Positions 12,601-25,735 are shown, counted from the first letter of the whole stretch. The stretch is 63,951 nucleotides of DNA, filler included, from Choristocarpus tenellus KU-1152 (GCA_964200185.2; 11 parts of 11 records of this genome joined end to end with filler, not necessarily neighbours in it); one strand, 5' to 3'. Made by a program: numbers and translations. Notes: generated by a model not told the origin, from the sequence alone.

Positions 12601-14633
12601 CCCCCCACATTAAGATGTAAAAAAAAGAGAATGGAGTGGTGGGCACAGGATACTGACTATTATCTAGGTTGAAGTTTGTATTTAATTTTCCTGGATCCTC
12701 CTACTGTTGCACGACCATTAACCCAGAGTGCATACCACATATAGTCTACAGATAAGTGTGAGGTAACTTAGCAGTCTGTTTGGTACTTTTCGTGAGTGAT
12801 TGCCGAGACCAAAAGTTCCAGAAGAGACTAGACATCCAGTTGTGTCGAATCAAAAACAGAGCAAGGGAAAGACAAGCATGTTCTTTGTAGCACAGCAGAC
12901 AGCAAAGGGGAGCCCAGGATGAGTTGTTGCTTATCTTATGGTCCAGGCTACTCTGGTGCATAACCCCACACACCCAACCTTTTGGGGCTGGAAAGGCAAA
13001 GGCTCAGGATCCTCCGCCAACTCTGTACTAACAAATGCCAAGATATATTGTGAGTACGGCAAACCCCCGCACTTTCCGACAAACCGGACCTCTCCTTTCA
13101 ACACTTCAGGTGATCATTCCCACAAAAGATTAAAAAAGATTCAAAACAAATTGCGGGCAAATGAATGGGTTCCGCCATCAGCTAGAGATGGTGACTTATC
13201 AGAGTGTGAATGCTGACTAGAAGCAGTTGGGTCCCATCAAGGAGGGAGTAAACGAATAACTCTAGAAACAAGAATCCATTGTGGCGCTGATATCACAGCA
13301 GCACTCAGCACTTCCTGACACAGCATCCCCTCCTACAATTTCTTAGAATGTAACACTCACTAGTAGACATCTTAACACCACTCTGACTAAAAGTGTGGAT
13401 GAGAAGGGAAGATAAGACCAGGACAGATTACACGCTGTACATTAAATCCTCCCAATTTTTTTTCTTGTTGTGACTTAAATCTCATAATTTCAGCCAAGGG
13501 TACATGACCAACTCGTCTGAATAAAGTTGAACAGAACGGGCACTCGAGAAACTGGTACCAACACTGAAGCGACCATATTCTTGAACTGCTTACCTCAGTG
13601 TGAATAGGTGTATTAAAGTCAGCGACCAGATTTTTACGATTCTTGTGTCCTGCATTAATACGAGCCGCTGCCAGCCTCTCTCGTTCCTCTCTACTCTGCA
13701 TCATGGACAACACCCACCCCGACAGTGGACCCCCAGCTGGCTGTTGGGAAAGGGGCGGCAGGAGAAATAAGGACAGTCACTCCATCTTCGGAATAGGCGA
13801 ATGCCCCATCAAGGTTCTCGGTGTTTTGCCCAATGCGTGATTTGTTGGTTCTTCTAATAAATAATGTCTTTCGGGCAAGAAAAACAAATGGGGTTGGGTA
13901 GGGAGAAAAATTGGTCTGTTCTCGCCATGGTCCCATAGGTAATGCTGCAGTAGCAAATAGCCCATCGGTGTAAGACGCCTGGCAATGTTGAAGGTCACTT
14001 AAAAACAGATCTAAAAGGCTCGGTCTTAGCAAGGAACCATCGCCAATTCATTATTCCAGTCAGTACGTACGATGCCGAACACCACTTCACATTAACCTTA
14101 CAACAAAAAGCAACCCATCGTTATGTCTTGCCAGGATATTATCCTCAAGAAAATCATTGTTCCTGGAGATAAACCAACAAGGTTCCAGAGAGGAAGGTCG
14201 GAGAACACGACAGACTCTAAACTGCAGGTTGGTGCTTCACGACATTTGATCTAATGCCCACTTTTTTGTCCTACAGCACCTCTCCAAACCCAGCCTCCCT
14301 TCAATCACGGAATGGTTAAGTTAAATCCAATTATCAATTTGATCACCATGGTTTCCGACAGTCTCCTCTCACAGGGGCAACCTCCGAGATGTCAAGGGTG
14401 ACCTTACTTTGGGTTGAGAAGTTGCGACTGTTTATATACCGTTGGAGGCATTTCGATATTTTGCTGTTTTCCCCACGGATCATTTATTCTTTTTTGAAGT
14501 TCAAAATTCCCCACTTGTTGAACATTGCTACATACTGCACCTTTCATTCCCTTCCACGACCACTTCTGCTCTATCTCATCGATCAATTAGCTCAGCGAAA
14601 GATTGCCTGGTGTGACAGTCGCTTTTGCAAAAG

Positions 14634-16591
14634 ATGAAGGTCCGCGGGCTCAGGACATGTGCGGCAGTGGGTGCATACATATTGTTGTTTTGGTGTTGTT
14701 TGGATGAGGCTTTGACAGTGAGAATTTCTGCCTTTAGTAGGGCAGGGCTACGGTTATGCCACAATCATGTTACTTCTCCGATCACCATGTCGATGGCAAG
14801 GAAAGAAAGAAGGACTAATAATGTGGAGGGGTAAGTGGATTGGATCGTTCGAAACATCAGAAGGTGCATGTGATAGAAGATCTCGTCATTTGCTTGTGTG
14901 TTCACATCGTTTGTGTCATTAACAACAGGCGAACACAAAGTTGAGATTATATAAGGAAATAATAAGTGGGAGATGTGGACAGAGGAGGGGCGCGCGTTAC
15001 AGGTAATGGACACTCCAACGGAGTAGGAGAGTTCTCAGTCTCGGGTCTTATCTGATTTCCAGTCCATGTTTTGTGTTTTCGCTCGTCACGTTCATTCTCT
15101 AGTCCATATAAACCATGCGCTATTTTCCCGATAGTCCAATGCTTTTGCATAGAGGGCATCTACTTTGAAGAGCACGCTTGTGTCACACACTCGTATATGA
15201 CTATTTTGCAAGTGGACACAGAAGTAAGTGCACCGTTCACCATCTTTTGTCTATTTATACCACGCCCTGTGATCCCTCTACTACGACCCTTTTACATAGA
15301 GAACAACCACTTTGAAGAACACGCTCGTTCCACACACTTGTACGTGGCTGTTTCGCAAGTGGAACGGAAGTAAGTGCACCATATGCCATCTTTCACATTT
15401 GCTCCTCTGCAGGAACCTCTTCGTCGATGAATCCTGCATTGACTGCGACACGTGCAGATGGATGGACAGTGGCACCTATGCCTCGAGTGGAGCGAAATCT
15501 GTGGTGATAAGGCAGCCACAAACGGAGGTTAGAAAGGATGGATGACACCACTTGAAGTGGAAAAGGGTACATACATTGGTCGTCTTATTTCCTTAACCCC
15601 TCTTGTCAATATTTCAAAAGTCCATATTTTTTACAGTACTGTAAGAGGCCACACAAAAACCCTCTATTGCAAAGCTCCTCACCCAAAAAGTTGCTGGCAA
15701 GTGGACCGATTCAGGTCTCGGTCTCAAAACGGTCGTCCCAGCCAGTTCCACCTTGTTGTTAACACCGATCAGCCTACAAGTATACAGAAAATGATGCATG
15801 GCAAAGCTGACCCCAAGTGTTTGTACAAGTGTGAAATACACACCCCTCTTTCTCCCCTCCGCCCCTCCACTCCACATGCATAACCGGGTGTTTGGTCTAA
15901 TCAGGAAGAAAAACGGAGTGCCTACCGTGCCATGCTGTCATGTCCAACTGGATCAATTCGAACAGAAAAGCCTGATCCGTTGGTAAAGGATGTGCTCCGA
16001 TCCGGATTTCCCATTGCTGTGGACAGTGAACGACTCCCTGGTAAGAACAGTGTGCATGAAGCCAAGCTCGACTGAAGAGTGATGGGGTTGGCTGTGGCAG
16101 TAATCCCTAGAATATTTGCCAATCTGTTTGACAGGCTGACTCTCCATAATGTATAGAAATCTTTAGCCTTCAGTAGAACATGTAATCTTGTGTACTAGTT
16201 GGCCTTGTAGTTTTTTTAGAAGTACCTACTGGTATGTCATTATGCTATTGGGAGGGGCATACTTCACTTAAACGGGCTTAACAACAGAGTGCATCACGCA
16301 CTCTGTTCTGCTTTGTCTTGTTTTGTGAGGTCACAGTAGAGGCATTTTGCAACCACATCGTGCCATCTTAGCCTTGGACTGCCAGTTCAGGGTATGGACG
16401 GCCGCGATCTGACATTACAGTAGGCGTTGCTCTTGGTGATGGGAAACACTGATGATAGACTGCGCATTTGTGTGTCAACATCTGCCCCATCCTTCCTCTC
16501 GGCTCCTCCCTGCCACCTCTGCGGATGTTCAGGTGTATTTCATCTTGGTTTCCACGACGAGGCTTCCTTTGCTGCATCGCCCTGGCTTGTG
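14634..16591 (+). CDS. Plastid-targeted ferredoxin-like domain fused to a metallo-beta-lactamase-fold hydrolase (cyanobacterial-type architecture), 5' part (exons 14634-14830, 15413-15527, 15905-16040, 16533-16591)
   Basis: Spliced translation: signal peptide, ISAF, then RRTNNVEGNLFVDESCIDCDTCRWM...QPQTEEEKRSAYRAMLSCPTGSIRT...GVFHLGFHDEASFAASPWLV. CxxCxxC plus distal CP. All four exons are phase-compatible. The MBL metal-binding motif itself was not located. Confidence 0.85.
15140..15393. repeat. Diverged direct duplication (about 150-bp period) in an intron
   Basis: catagag..actttgaaga.cacgct.gt..cacacact.gta...gcaagtgga...gaagtaagtgcacc occurs at about 15145 and about 15295. Confidence 0.8.
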
Positions 16592-18168
16592 GTAAGGCGT
16601 TGGCCTTGAGAATGTGTAACAGGTTTTTGGTGTATCAAGCTGAGTAGATGGACATTGTTCACTCCCAGTGAGGCATCTATGCCATGCCAATAGTTGTGCT
16701 CGTTTCTTGGGAACGATGTGTTGTGGTTTTGTCACCCAACCCCAAGGTTTCTATTTTTTTTTGTCCAAATACTTGGGAGCATCCGTTTGAGTCCTTCTAA
16801 GCTTTTAGTAGAGTCCTTGGAAGCGCCCAAAGCATCCAGTCGAGTCCTTGGAAGCATCTACTGAAGTAGAGGCCTTGGGAACATCTATAATATCAGATTG
16901 TATGGGTGGAAGTATAGTAGAATCTAGGGCAGACTACTAAGAGAAGTGTGCCTATCTCATGCTTTGTAGAGGAACATGAAGAGTGTATGTATGTATGGTA
17001 ATTGTGATTGCTGTCAGTGAATCATTGCTCGAGTGCCACTCATCAATCTGCTTGTACTTACCCTCTGTTATCTTTCTTTCATCCCCTGCCCCAATGTAGT
17101 TGATGAAAGTGAGCATTTTTCTGCACGTTTACTTCAGTATCTGCCCTGAAAAATGTGTATCCCCTTCACCCATTCCTTGCTCAACTCCACCTCAAAATTC
17201 ACTTTCCTGGGGTGTCTTAAGACTTTACATCTTTTATATTGATACTCGTCATGTGCTTTGATGGAGTAGTGATGGGGAACTTATTGGCATTTCGAAGGTG
17301 TTTTAGCTTTCATCTTTGAAGTGACAACAGGACACACATGTGTATATATACCTATCTTTGTTTGTTTTACTATCAATTTCCAGAGTTGGTATTTGCGGAA
17401 TGGATTCAATACTCAGCATCAGTACGAGTCAATCCATACTGCAGAGAAAGATAATCAAGTACAGGAAGACTTATTTTCAATTTTTTTTAACAAACATGAG
17501 CACGTTTGTGCTCAGGGTAGAAATGAGTGTAAACTGTTTCAAACACAATACCCGCCTTCTTTTTTTTTCTAATTGCTTTAAAAAAAGAAATAAATTACCA
17601 TTCTGAACAACTATGTAGATACATAAACTTCACCAAAAACCTGTCAAGAAGTTAGGGGTTGCGTTTTCTTCACTTGAAGTTCATTCACGAGATCAACTGA
17701 GTAGGCAGCGGGGGTGATAAGAAGATTCCTTGTGGAAAACGGACCAGGAGGCAGTACCTTTTTAGGCATTCGCAATTCACGTTTGACAGTTTCATTGCAG
17801 TGTCAAACCACTGTTATGGTCCCTGCATGTACCCTTCTGATGAAAGGGCTGTTCAGCTTATACTTCGAGTAGAGTATTTTGTCTGTATTCTCTATGTATT
17901 GATGCAGACTATACTTGGGAACATTGATACCTAGTGTTTGTATAGAAGATGGCATTTGGACATGGCTGGTGATGGCAACGTCCTCTTCACGGGATTACCG
18001 AAACAATTAGCAAGTCACTCAATACCTCACACATAACCTAATCACTACGAATTTCGACTGCCGTTGTTAGGTGCGAACCTGGTCAAAGCAATACATTTTT
18101 TCGTTTGAGAAAATCAGGGGTTTCTGGATGGCGTTGACACGTTGGGAATGTAACAAAGAAACAACAAC

Positions 18169-18200
<32 letters not shown>

Positions 18201-18859
18201 NNNNNNNNNNNNNNNNNNNNNNNNNNNNNNNNNNNNNNNNNNNNTTAATTAATTAANNNNNNNNNNNNNNNNNNNNNNNNNNNNNNNNNNNNNNNNNNNN
18301 CTCATAGCCCCGCTCCATCCTCAATTTTTAAAATCCACTGTTATAGCACCATACGAAGCTAGCAATCGATTTTGGACCCTACCAAGCCCTGTGGTACTAA
18401 TCTGTTGTTGTCGTCACCACCACAGAATATCCTGCTCCTTCAATTTACTGTTTTGTTGCTGGCTTGGTTTGATGGTGATCCCACTTGAGTCGTTTTATCA
18501 ACACCATTTATGGTGTGCAGTATTACATATGTTGTGTCTCCCTTCTTCTCTTTGTTTTCTGCGACCATTGATCATTTGACTAGTTATCTAGAACATTATG
18601 ACAGCAGTTTGGATCTTACCACCCATGCTTTCGACATCTACGTTTGCACTATGCATAATATGTTGCTTCTCAAGTTACAGGTTTGTATCCTGCAACTAGT
18701 TCAGGACCAGAAAGTGGTCAGAAAACTTGTTGAAACCTAGCAAACAATGTTGCAGCGCCTGCATGTGCATTGATATATAACTTGCTCCTGACACCTCCTG
18801 GCTGCCAGTGTCTTGGCACCATTTGAAGGGTACAGCAGTCAGAATGAGGATGACTCCTA

Positions 18860-18998
18860 TTGTACATTAAGACAATTTCTTCACATCACCATGGGCACCA
18901 CTCCATTTATTGGATCAGGATGCTGTGAAATTGTACATTAAGACAATTTCTTCACATCACCATGGGCACCACTCCATTTATTGGATCAGGATGCTGTG
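18860..18998. repeat. Near-perfect 70-bp tandem duplication
   Basis: attgtacattaagacaatttcttcacatcaccatgggcaccactccatttattggatcaggatgctgtg occurs twice. Confidence 0.95.
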
Positions 18999-19661
18999 CT
19001 GATTGTTCACATGATGGTCCCATACTTCTTGTACAGGACGACTCAGAAGAAAGATGCAAAGTGGTTAGGTAAGCATTCAAAGCAGTATGTAGGGAGTACA
19101 ACTTTCTGCGCAGCAGCACTGTAGAACCCCTCACCACAAATACTGTCATCTCCATCATTTGGGTGTCTTTATCTGTTCCCCTACAAGGTAGCAGTGAAGG
19201 GCACCCTTCCTCAGCCCGCAGGGTAGGGTGTCATGATGAGTGGGGTCAAAGGATGAGATCAACATTTTTCGTAGGGCCCTCTGAACATGCAGCTCTATTA
19301 GGGGTCTCTCAGCAACTAAGACCTGTTTGATTTTTGAGTGGGGTTACTCCATGTAAGAAAGGTAAGCCAGTATATCGTGCATTGTGCAGCAGTTAAAATG
19401 ACTGATGATGTTGTTATGCTGGTTAGAAAGCGGTGTTGAAGAAGAAAAAGAAAAATCAAGGAGAAAAAGAAAAAATCTATGGGATCACAACTTTGAAATG
19501 TTATTTGTCCTCATCATAGCACAGGGTTTGCTCATGTGAAGAATAAATATCTCATTCGAACTACAGCATAGGCCTAGTCCGTATGGCCACATTGCTAGTA
19601 CAACTTCCATAAGTGATTCGAGATTATCCAGGCATCCAGAGGTGTCCACAATTTGGCTATT

Positions 19662-22600
19662 CTAGTGTGCCAGCACAGACTTGGAGTTGCAGTTGTAGCC
19701 ATAATAACCAGTAAAGCATGAGCACAATCCGGTTGAGTAGTCACACGAACCCCGATTGGAGCAGTCAACCTGGCAGAGGTTACCCGATCTTCCCTGCAGT
19801 GTTTTAGGCAGATGAAAATAGGGGAAGATGTTCGCACAACATTGCTTATACCTTGTGCCAATTCAATGGAGGACTTAGACCTTTTCTTGAGGATGAACAG
19901 ATGGGAAGAAGGAGAAGTTATCACGATTCCATATAGTATAGCAAGTAGCGTTTCTTCTTCCACTATTGTTGATGACAAATAGAGATGATTTAGGTACGAA
20001 TGGTGAGCCAAAGTACCTTAGGGTTAGGGTAGGGCCGCGTCTATTTGGGGGCCAAAATCCAATGTTGCAATTTTAATGTAATTTTGGCTATTGTTTTTGG
20101 TAGGAAGTGTGAATATCCTTGTTCCGAACAGACCTTTTTATAACGCATACATCTTACCTACTCCAAAACATGTTGGAGTAGGAAAATATCATTAAAAATA
20201 TCACAGGAAGCCAAGTAACAAATGGACAAAAAAGGAAAAACTCTTACCCTCTAAGATACTTTCACTCTGGCCCTCCAGAAACCTTGGCACCCCAACCTGC
20301 CAAGATTCTAGTGCAGGTTAGGGATCATCTTCTTTGTGCAGTCTACGTACAGGAATTATTTTAGCTTTGGGTGGAATCTCGGGGAATGGTTTAGACCCAA
20401 AGTATCTGGGAGGGGGGAAGGGGTCTACACTAGGGTGTCCATTTGCCCCAAAAGCAGGAAAAGTGCATTTGCATTATCCATCTGACGTATGCAACCAAAA
20501 AATCCCCCCAAAATCTCGACATGAAAAAATTGACCCCAAATGGACAGCCACCACCACCCCCCCCCAGCTACTTTGAGCCTTAGTGCAATAGCAAGAACAT
20601 ACATGCATCAAGTTATCTCTGAGTTAAGCCATCTATAATGGGGGGTCAATTTTTATCCTTTTTTTTTTTTAGACCTTTTTGAACCTTCTGCAGTATACAC
20701 TATGCCCAGGTCTGCAACGCGGTCAACCCCCCTTAGGAGGGTGTTGCTGTAGAAGAGATTTAGTGTGAACACATTATTAGTGCAGAGTGCCCTCCACTGT
20801 ACTCAAAACACATGCGCCACTCAAGTCTCAGCAACATTTCCCTCTTTAATCTCATCGCCCCACTGACTGGTCGGTTCCTCTCCTCGAATCCACTAGGGTA
20901 AGCCTTCATGTCGAACAACAACATGATGCAAAAGCCTTCCAAGCAGATATGAGGCCTTACGATATGTTTATTATAAAGGGAGGAATTTTTCCTTCCATCT
21001 CTCCTTTGTCTCAACAATAGGCGATTCACTGCACTGGTGAGGACTTTGAAGTCCTTTATCTGCCGATTTGCTATGTGCATTCCGCATGCTATAGCAACTT
21101 GGCAATTGCGCTCCCAAGTCAACGTTCCAAACCCATGTAACTGTAACTGCATTGAATTAAAAAAAAATTGACCTACATCTTCAATGATCGATTGGACCCA
21201 AAGTAACTGGGGGGGAGGGGGGGGGTCTACACCAGGGTGTCCATTTGCCCCCAAATCAGGAAAAGTGCATTTACATTATCCATCTGACGTATGCAACCAA
21301 ATCACCAAAAAATCGCGGCATGAAAAAATTGACCCCAAGTGGACAGTCGCCACCCCCCGCCCCAGATACTTTGAGCCATTGAGGCACAATTCAATTAAGG
21401 CAATCAAATCTCGCTAAGAAAACGGACAAACCAGTGCTCCTCTCCTCCCCAGCCGCCTCCCGTTTCCATCATACCAACAAAAGTTGACTCTCAGGGATGC
21501 TTCCATCAGAATTCACGTTCTATGTATCGAATAGCGAAAGTCCCCTGATGTCTAAAAACATTATTGATAATTCTGCCTCCAATGATAGGGCTTAAAAATA
21601 AATATATATATCCACTTTTTTTGTTGGGCCCCTCCCTCACAAGGTAACTCAACTACTCAACTTCTACACAGTATGTCCAAGGGTGCAATCAGACTAAAGA
21701 GACACCAAACCACTACTAAGCACCAACCTCGAGGAATCTCTTCAGGTTCATGTAAGATAGTGTTAGGGGGTGTCAGTTTAGTCAACCATACGGAATGACT
21801 AAGAAAAATAAATTGAGGGTGTAGTTAGAATTACTTCTACCCTTTGGGATAAATTTATTACACGTCTTACTGCTCCTCTGACTGTTGATTTCTAAGGTGC
21901 AGAAGGCGGGACTTGGAGATTCGTCGATAGTCCGCCCAAAAACCTTTAAAGACCCCTAATTAAATCCTTTGTGCAAGACTTGTTCACTGGCGACAAGAGT
22001 GTGGTGGTCATTGTCCCGCCACGAGTGGCTACAGAGCACATGTTTTATGTGGCACTTCCCACTCCATGTTTGATTTACCTGCCCAGCCCCACCTCCTTCC
22101 CTCCTAACCCTGTTCCTTCCACACTTCTCAGTCTCTTCTACTTGCAGTGTATTGAAAAGGTAGAATGCTAGAGGACAAAATGTCTGATGTACTTTTACAA
22201 AATGTCTGATGCACTTTTACAAAATGTCTGATGCACTTTTACAAAATGTCTGATGTACTTTTACAAAATGTCTGATGCACTTTTACAAAATGTCTGATGT
22301 ACTTTTACAAAATGTCTGATGTACTTTTACAAAATGTCTGATGCACTTTTGCAAGGTCCCACCGCTTTTCAGGTTTCAGAAAGGAAAGCGCCACATACCC
22401 TTGTCCCCACCTAGCCAAACCTGGCAACTGGAAACAAAGGGACACACGTATGGAGAGACAGAAACATACATAGTGATGAAACAGGCTGAGGCATCATCTC
22501 AATGTACATACATACCACACACCTTTGCGCCTGAGTATACAGATGAAGAGGTCTCATTGTAGCAGTCAGTCTCATCATCAACAGTGTTAGGGTCGTCACC

Positions 22601-23747
22601 ACTTGGACAGTGGCGTAGGGAGCAATCTGGCCCAAACCACTCTGGCTCTTGCGTCTCCCCTGATCCGAGACCAACTCCCCAAGATGAGTCACAGACGCAG
22701 CCATGTATCTTGTCCTCGTCCCATGTGTCTGCATTATCCTCACCTATCCAGGGAAGCAGATTGACTTTGATTTTCCACTACTTCAGAGCTGTTAACAGCA
22801 ACCTTGAATTTGTCGTCGATTGGAAAAATGAAAAAGTAATGTTCCATAGTTTGGTAGATGACACGGTACACGGTAGTACTAGCCTTGCTCCACACGGCCA
22901 AAGGGGAGAAAGTAGACCTTGGTAAATATGTTGGTGCATAGTGATTATCGTAGATGTAGACTGGTGCCTTTATCTCCCCACAATTTGGGTAGTTTTTGTT
23001 TTGTTTTTCTGACTCACAGGTGCAGAAAAGGTGATGGCTCTGTTTATTATTGCTTTCTGTGAGCCATCTTTCAGAGTTCGTTGGGACCAATGAATTGTTT
23101 ATTTTCGGGCTTGTCCTTGTGGTCGTATGACATAAATTGAAGGGGAATGCTAGTTAGCATAATTTTTCAAATTCAGTGTGAGATGAGGTGGGGTCCAATC
23201 ACCATGCAGCTGTAGCAGGTCCAATTACTACTGCAATGTAACGGCTCATAAAAGGTTCATCGACTAACTATAACAAGATTCATGTGTAATATTTCATGAA
23301 CCATACGTAGCAGGAATGTGTTGGTCCTCCACGAGAACTCTAAAGTTATGGCAACTGTCCACCCTCAATGTTCTTGAGTGTACTCAGGAATTTTTTGTTT
23401 CACTGCAGATCTTTTTGGTCAGAAATATGGTTATACTAAGAGCGCTAGTAACCTTGGTACTCATTGCAAGCCACTCCCAAGGTACTTGAAAGGACGGCAA
23501 CATATCAATGCACAAGTAAAGCCTGTGACAAAGAGAGCAACCAAATTGCCAGTTGGTTTCTACCTTAGTACCTGTGTACGTTGTGACGTTGGAGAGGGGC
23601 AGTGCGTCAGAGATTGTTGCCAAGGCTTTCATATTCACACAACGGCCATGACCTGAGCAATCTCCTGGGCAACTGGATCGCTCACAAGCAGCGCCAGAGA
23701 ATCCATCAAAACAGTCACATTCCCCAGAGTCTCGGTCACAGATGCCC
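19662..23747 (-). CDS. Cys-rich EGF-like protein of the stramenopile tubular-mastigoneme / Sig1 family, 3' part (exons 23747-23572, 22743-22523, 19793-19662)
   Basis: Spliced translation [36 protein letters not shown]...[16 protein letters not shown]...[17 protein letters not shown]...[32 protein letters not shown]...AH*. GT-AG junctions are phase-consistent. Largely absent from the ORF track. Confidence 0.9.
20005..20267 (+). mobile_element. MITE family A (intronic)
   Basis: gagccaaagtacctta ... taccctctaagatactttcactc; internal hairpin cctactccaaaacatgttggagtagg; flanks tggt / tggc. Confidence 0.9.
20394..20579 (+). mobile_element. MITE family B (about 185 bp), TSD TTA
   Basis: tta[gacccaaagtatctggg...cccagctactttgagcc]tta. 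Confidence 0.92.
21195..21377 (+). mobile_element. MITE family B, TSD ATTG
   Basis: attg[gacccaaagtaactggg...cccagatactttgagcc]attg. Confidence 0.92.
22175..22350. repeat. 22-bp minisatellite (ACAAAATGTCTGATGYACTTTT) x8
   Basis: Eight head-to-tail units differing only at one C/T position; intronic. Confidence 0.97.
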
Positions 23748-24419
23748 CTATATCATCCCATCATCAGAGGGAAGCCGGTTGTAAGGTATAGAGTGATCAT
23801 ATTGAAGTCCCTCATATGCGTTCTGGGCGGATTTTGTTATGATGAAAAGTACCTCAAGCAGAAGGTATTCTTAGAGTGTTTTGTCAGTGTAGGGAGTTAA
23901 CATGGCCATGAGTCGGCCTATGGCCTCGATATGTTGACACAGTTGAAGGTCATGGACTAACTCTTCTATAATGCATCAGTACCAGGCCAACCTTCGGCCA
24001 TGTCATATTGAAGAGGTTGACGGCCATGGACCAGTTCTGGTAGAACATGCTGATGCTGGCTGGCCCATGGCCTGGTCATATGGACATAGTTGACGGTCAT
24101 GGATAAAAAGAGTATTTTCACCTGTCCAGTCCAGTCAAGATGAATCTGACTGACCCACTCAAAATATTGTCCAAATTTATCCTGTATAGAAGAGGGAATA
24201 AACCTGTTTTTTACATACATGTATAATAATCAGTCACATAGCTGTCCTGTTCTGATATATTATATTGGGTGTTTGCTAGTATCAGTATCATTGTCAATAG
24301 TAGTGCTGTAGAGCTCTAGTGGTGCTTAGTTCACATACTTCTGGTTATTATTAAAATAATAGTATTTTTACCTCAATAGTACAGTCAGCGCAGGTCCTGC
24401 TGTCAAAGGAATGGCTGGG

Positions 24420-24507
24420 GACCGAAAGCATCTTGAGGGGGGGGTCTACACCAGGGTGTCCATTTAGACCAAAACCAGGAAAAGTGCATTTACATTATCC
24501 ATCCGAT
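24420..24507 (+). mobile_element. MITE family B, 5' half, truncated by contig end
   Basis: gaccgaaagcatct...ggggtctacaccagggtgtccatt...gtgcatttacattatccat. A 3' half starts the next contig (24608-24663). Confidence 0.85.
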
Positions 24508-25735
24508 NNNNNNNNNNNNNNNNNNNNNNNNNNNNNNNNNNNNNNNNNNNNTTAATTAATTAANNNNNNNNNNNNNNNNNNNNNNNNNNNNNNNNNNNNN
24601 NNNNNNNCATGAAAAAATTGAGTCCAAATGGACAGCTGCCACCCCCCCCAGATACTTTGAGCCTGAAGTAGTAGTAGTAGTAAGTAGGCAGAACTCTAAG
24701 ATGACAAACTATTGCTTGTTGTCATAGGGCACATGCAGGGTGTGTCGGCACCCTACACTACGTCTATTGTAACAGGTATTGTGTGTCAGGTGCCGACACC
24801 ATGGCAGATACAGCACACCTACATGGGGGGCAATGGTTTGGCGTTGAGGGGGGGAAGGAGCAAATGATGATAAGACGTAGCCTGCCAAGCAGTCAATCAA
24901 GAACCCCACCTCCCAACTCAGCTGAACACAAAACTACTTCCTACTCTGGAGTGCTGTATAATACCATTCATTATTAGCACTACTGCTACTACTGCTAATT
25001 TTTGCATACTTGGTATTTTTTAAGCACATTACTGATTTCTACAATAATAATACTGCTATAATAAATTACGCACTTGAGCCCTCCATACTCACTCTAAGTA
25101 TGATTCTAATAATCCTCTAATACTACTTTCAAATGTGGGGGGGAAATCTGTTGAGAAATTAGTTGAGTCCCCACCATCCGTCATGGTTGTCCGATTTAGT
25201 GTGCACAAAGCACTGTTTTGAAGAACAAATGATGCACATCAAGTCTGATCGTATAGAGCATGTGTCATACACTTGATGACTCGATATTAGTCAAAGAAGC
25301 ATGAAGAACATCCATTTGTGTGTTGCTGCTATGATCGGTGCTCCTGTTGTAATACCTTCAAAGGTTCCTATCTTCAATCACCATCCAATCTTCTAAGGAA
25401 AGCTAAATGCCTTCAAACAAAAGTTGCAGGTCTCCTAACCTCTTGGTGCAATGACAAAAAAATAAAAATCATCAGTAAAAATCAGGGTCATACTAACACA
25501 CACACACAAACACCAGAATGTTTTGAACAAAGCATTACTCAAAAGTAATACTACACCAAGGCTGTCACAACACGCATCTTGCCCTCCATCATCAATACAT
25601 ACACAGCAGCTCCAACAAATAGGACCTAAATAAAAAGAGTATGCAAGTGTGAGACAATCACGGTCAGTTTAACCTGGTACTAGAGATACAAGAAGTCAAC
25701 AGCAGAAGATAAATGTGAGTGAGCATGCAGGATAT

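Noticed and set aside
9743-14400. Minus-strand gene suggested by several 60-200 aa ORFs
   Set aside because: No recognisable domain and no phase-consistent exon chain could be assembled.
22175-22350. CRISPR-like array
   Set aside because: Units are directly adjacent with no unique spacers; eukaryotic intron; no cas genes.
24420-24663. One continuous MITE B spanning the gap (true scaffold join)
   Set aside because: The halves are complementary, but the outer flanks (tggg vs tgaa) give no TSD and the missing 5' mastigoneme exons were not found in the next contig; coincidence is likely given B abundance.
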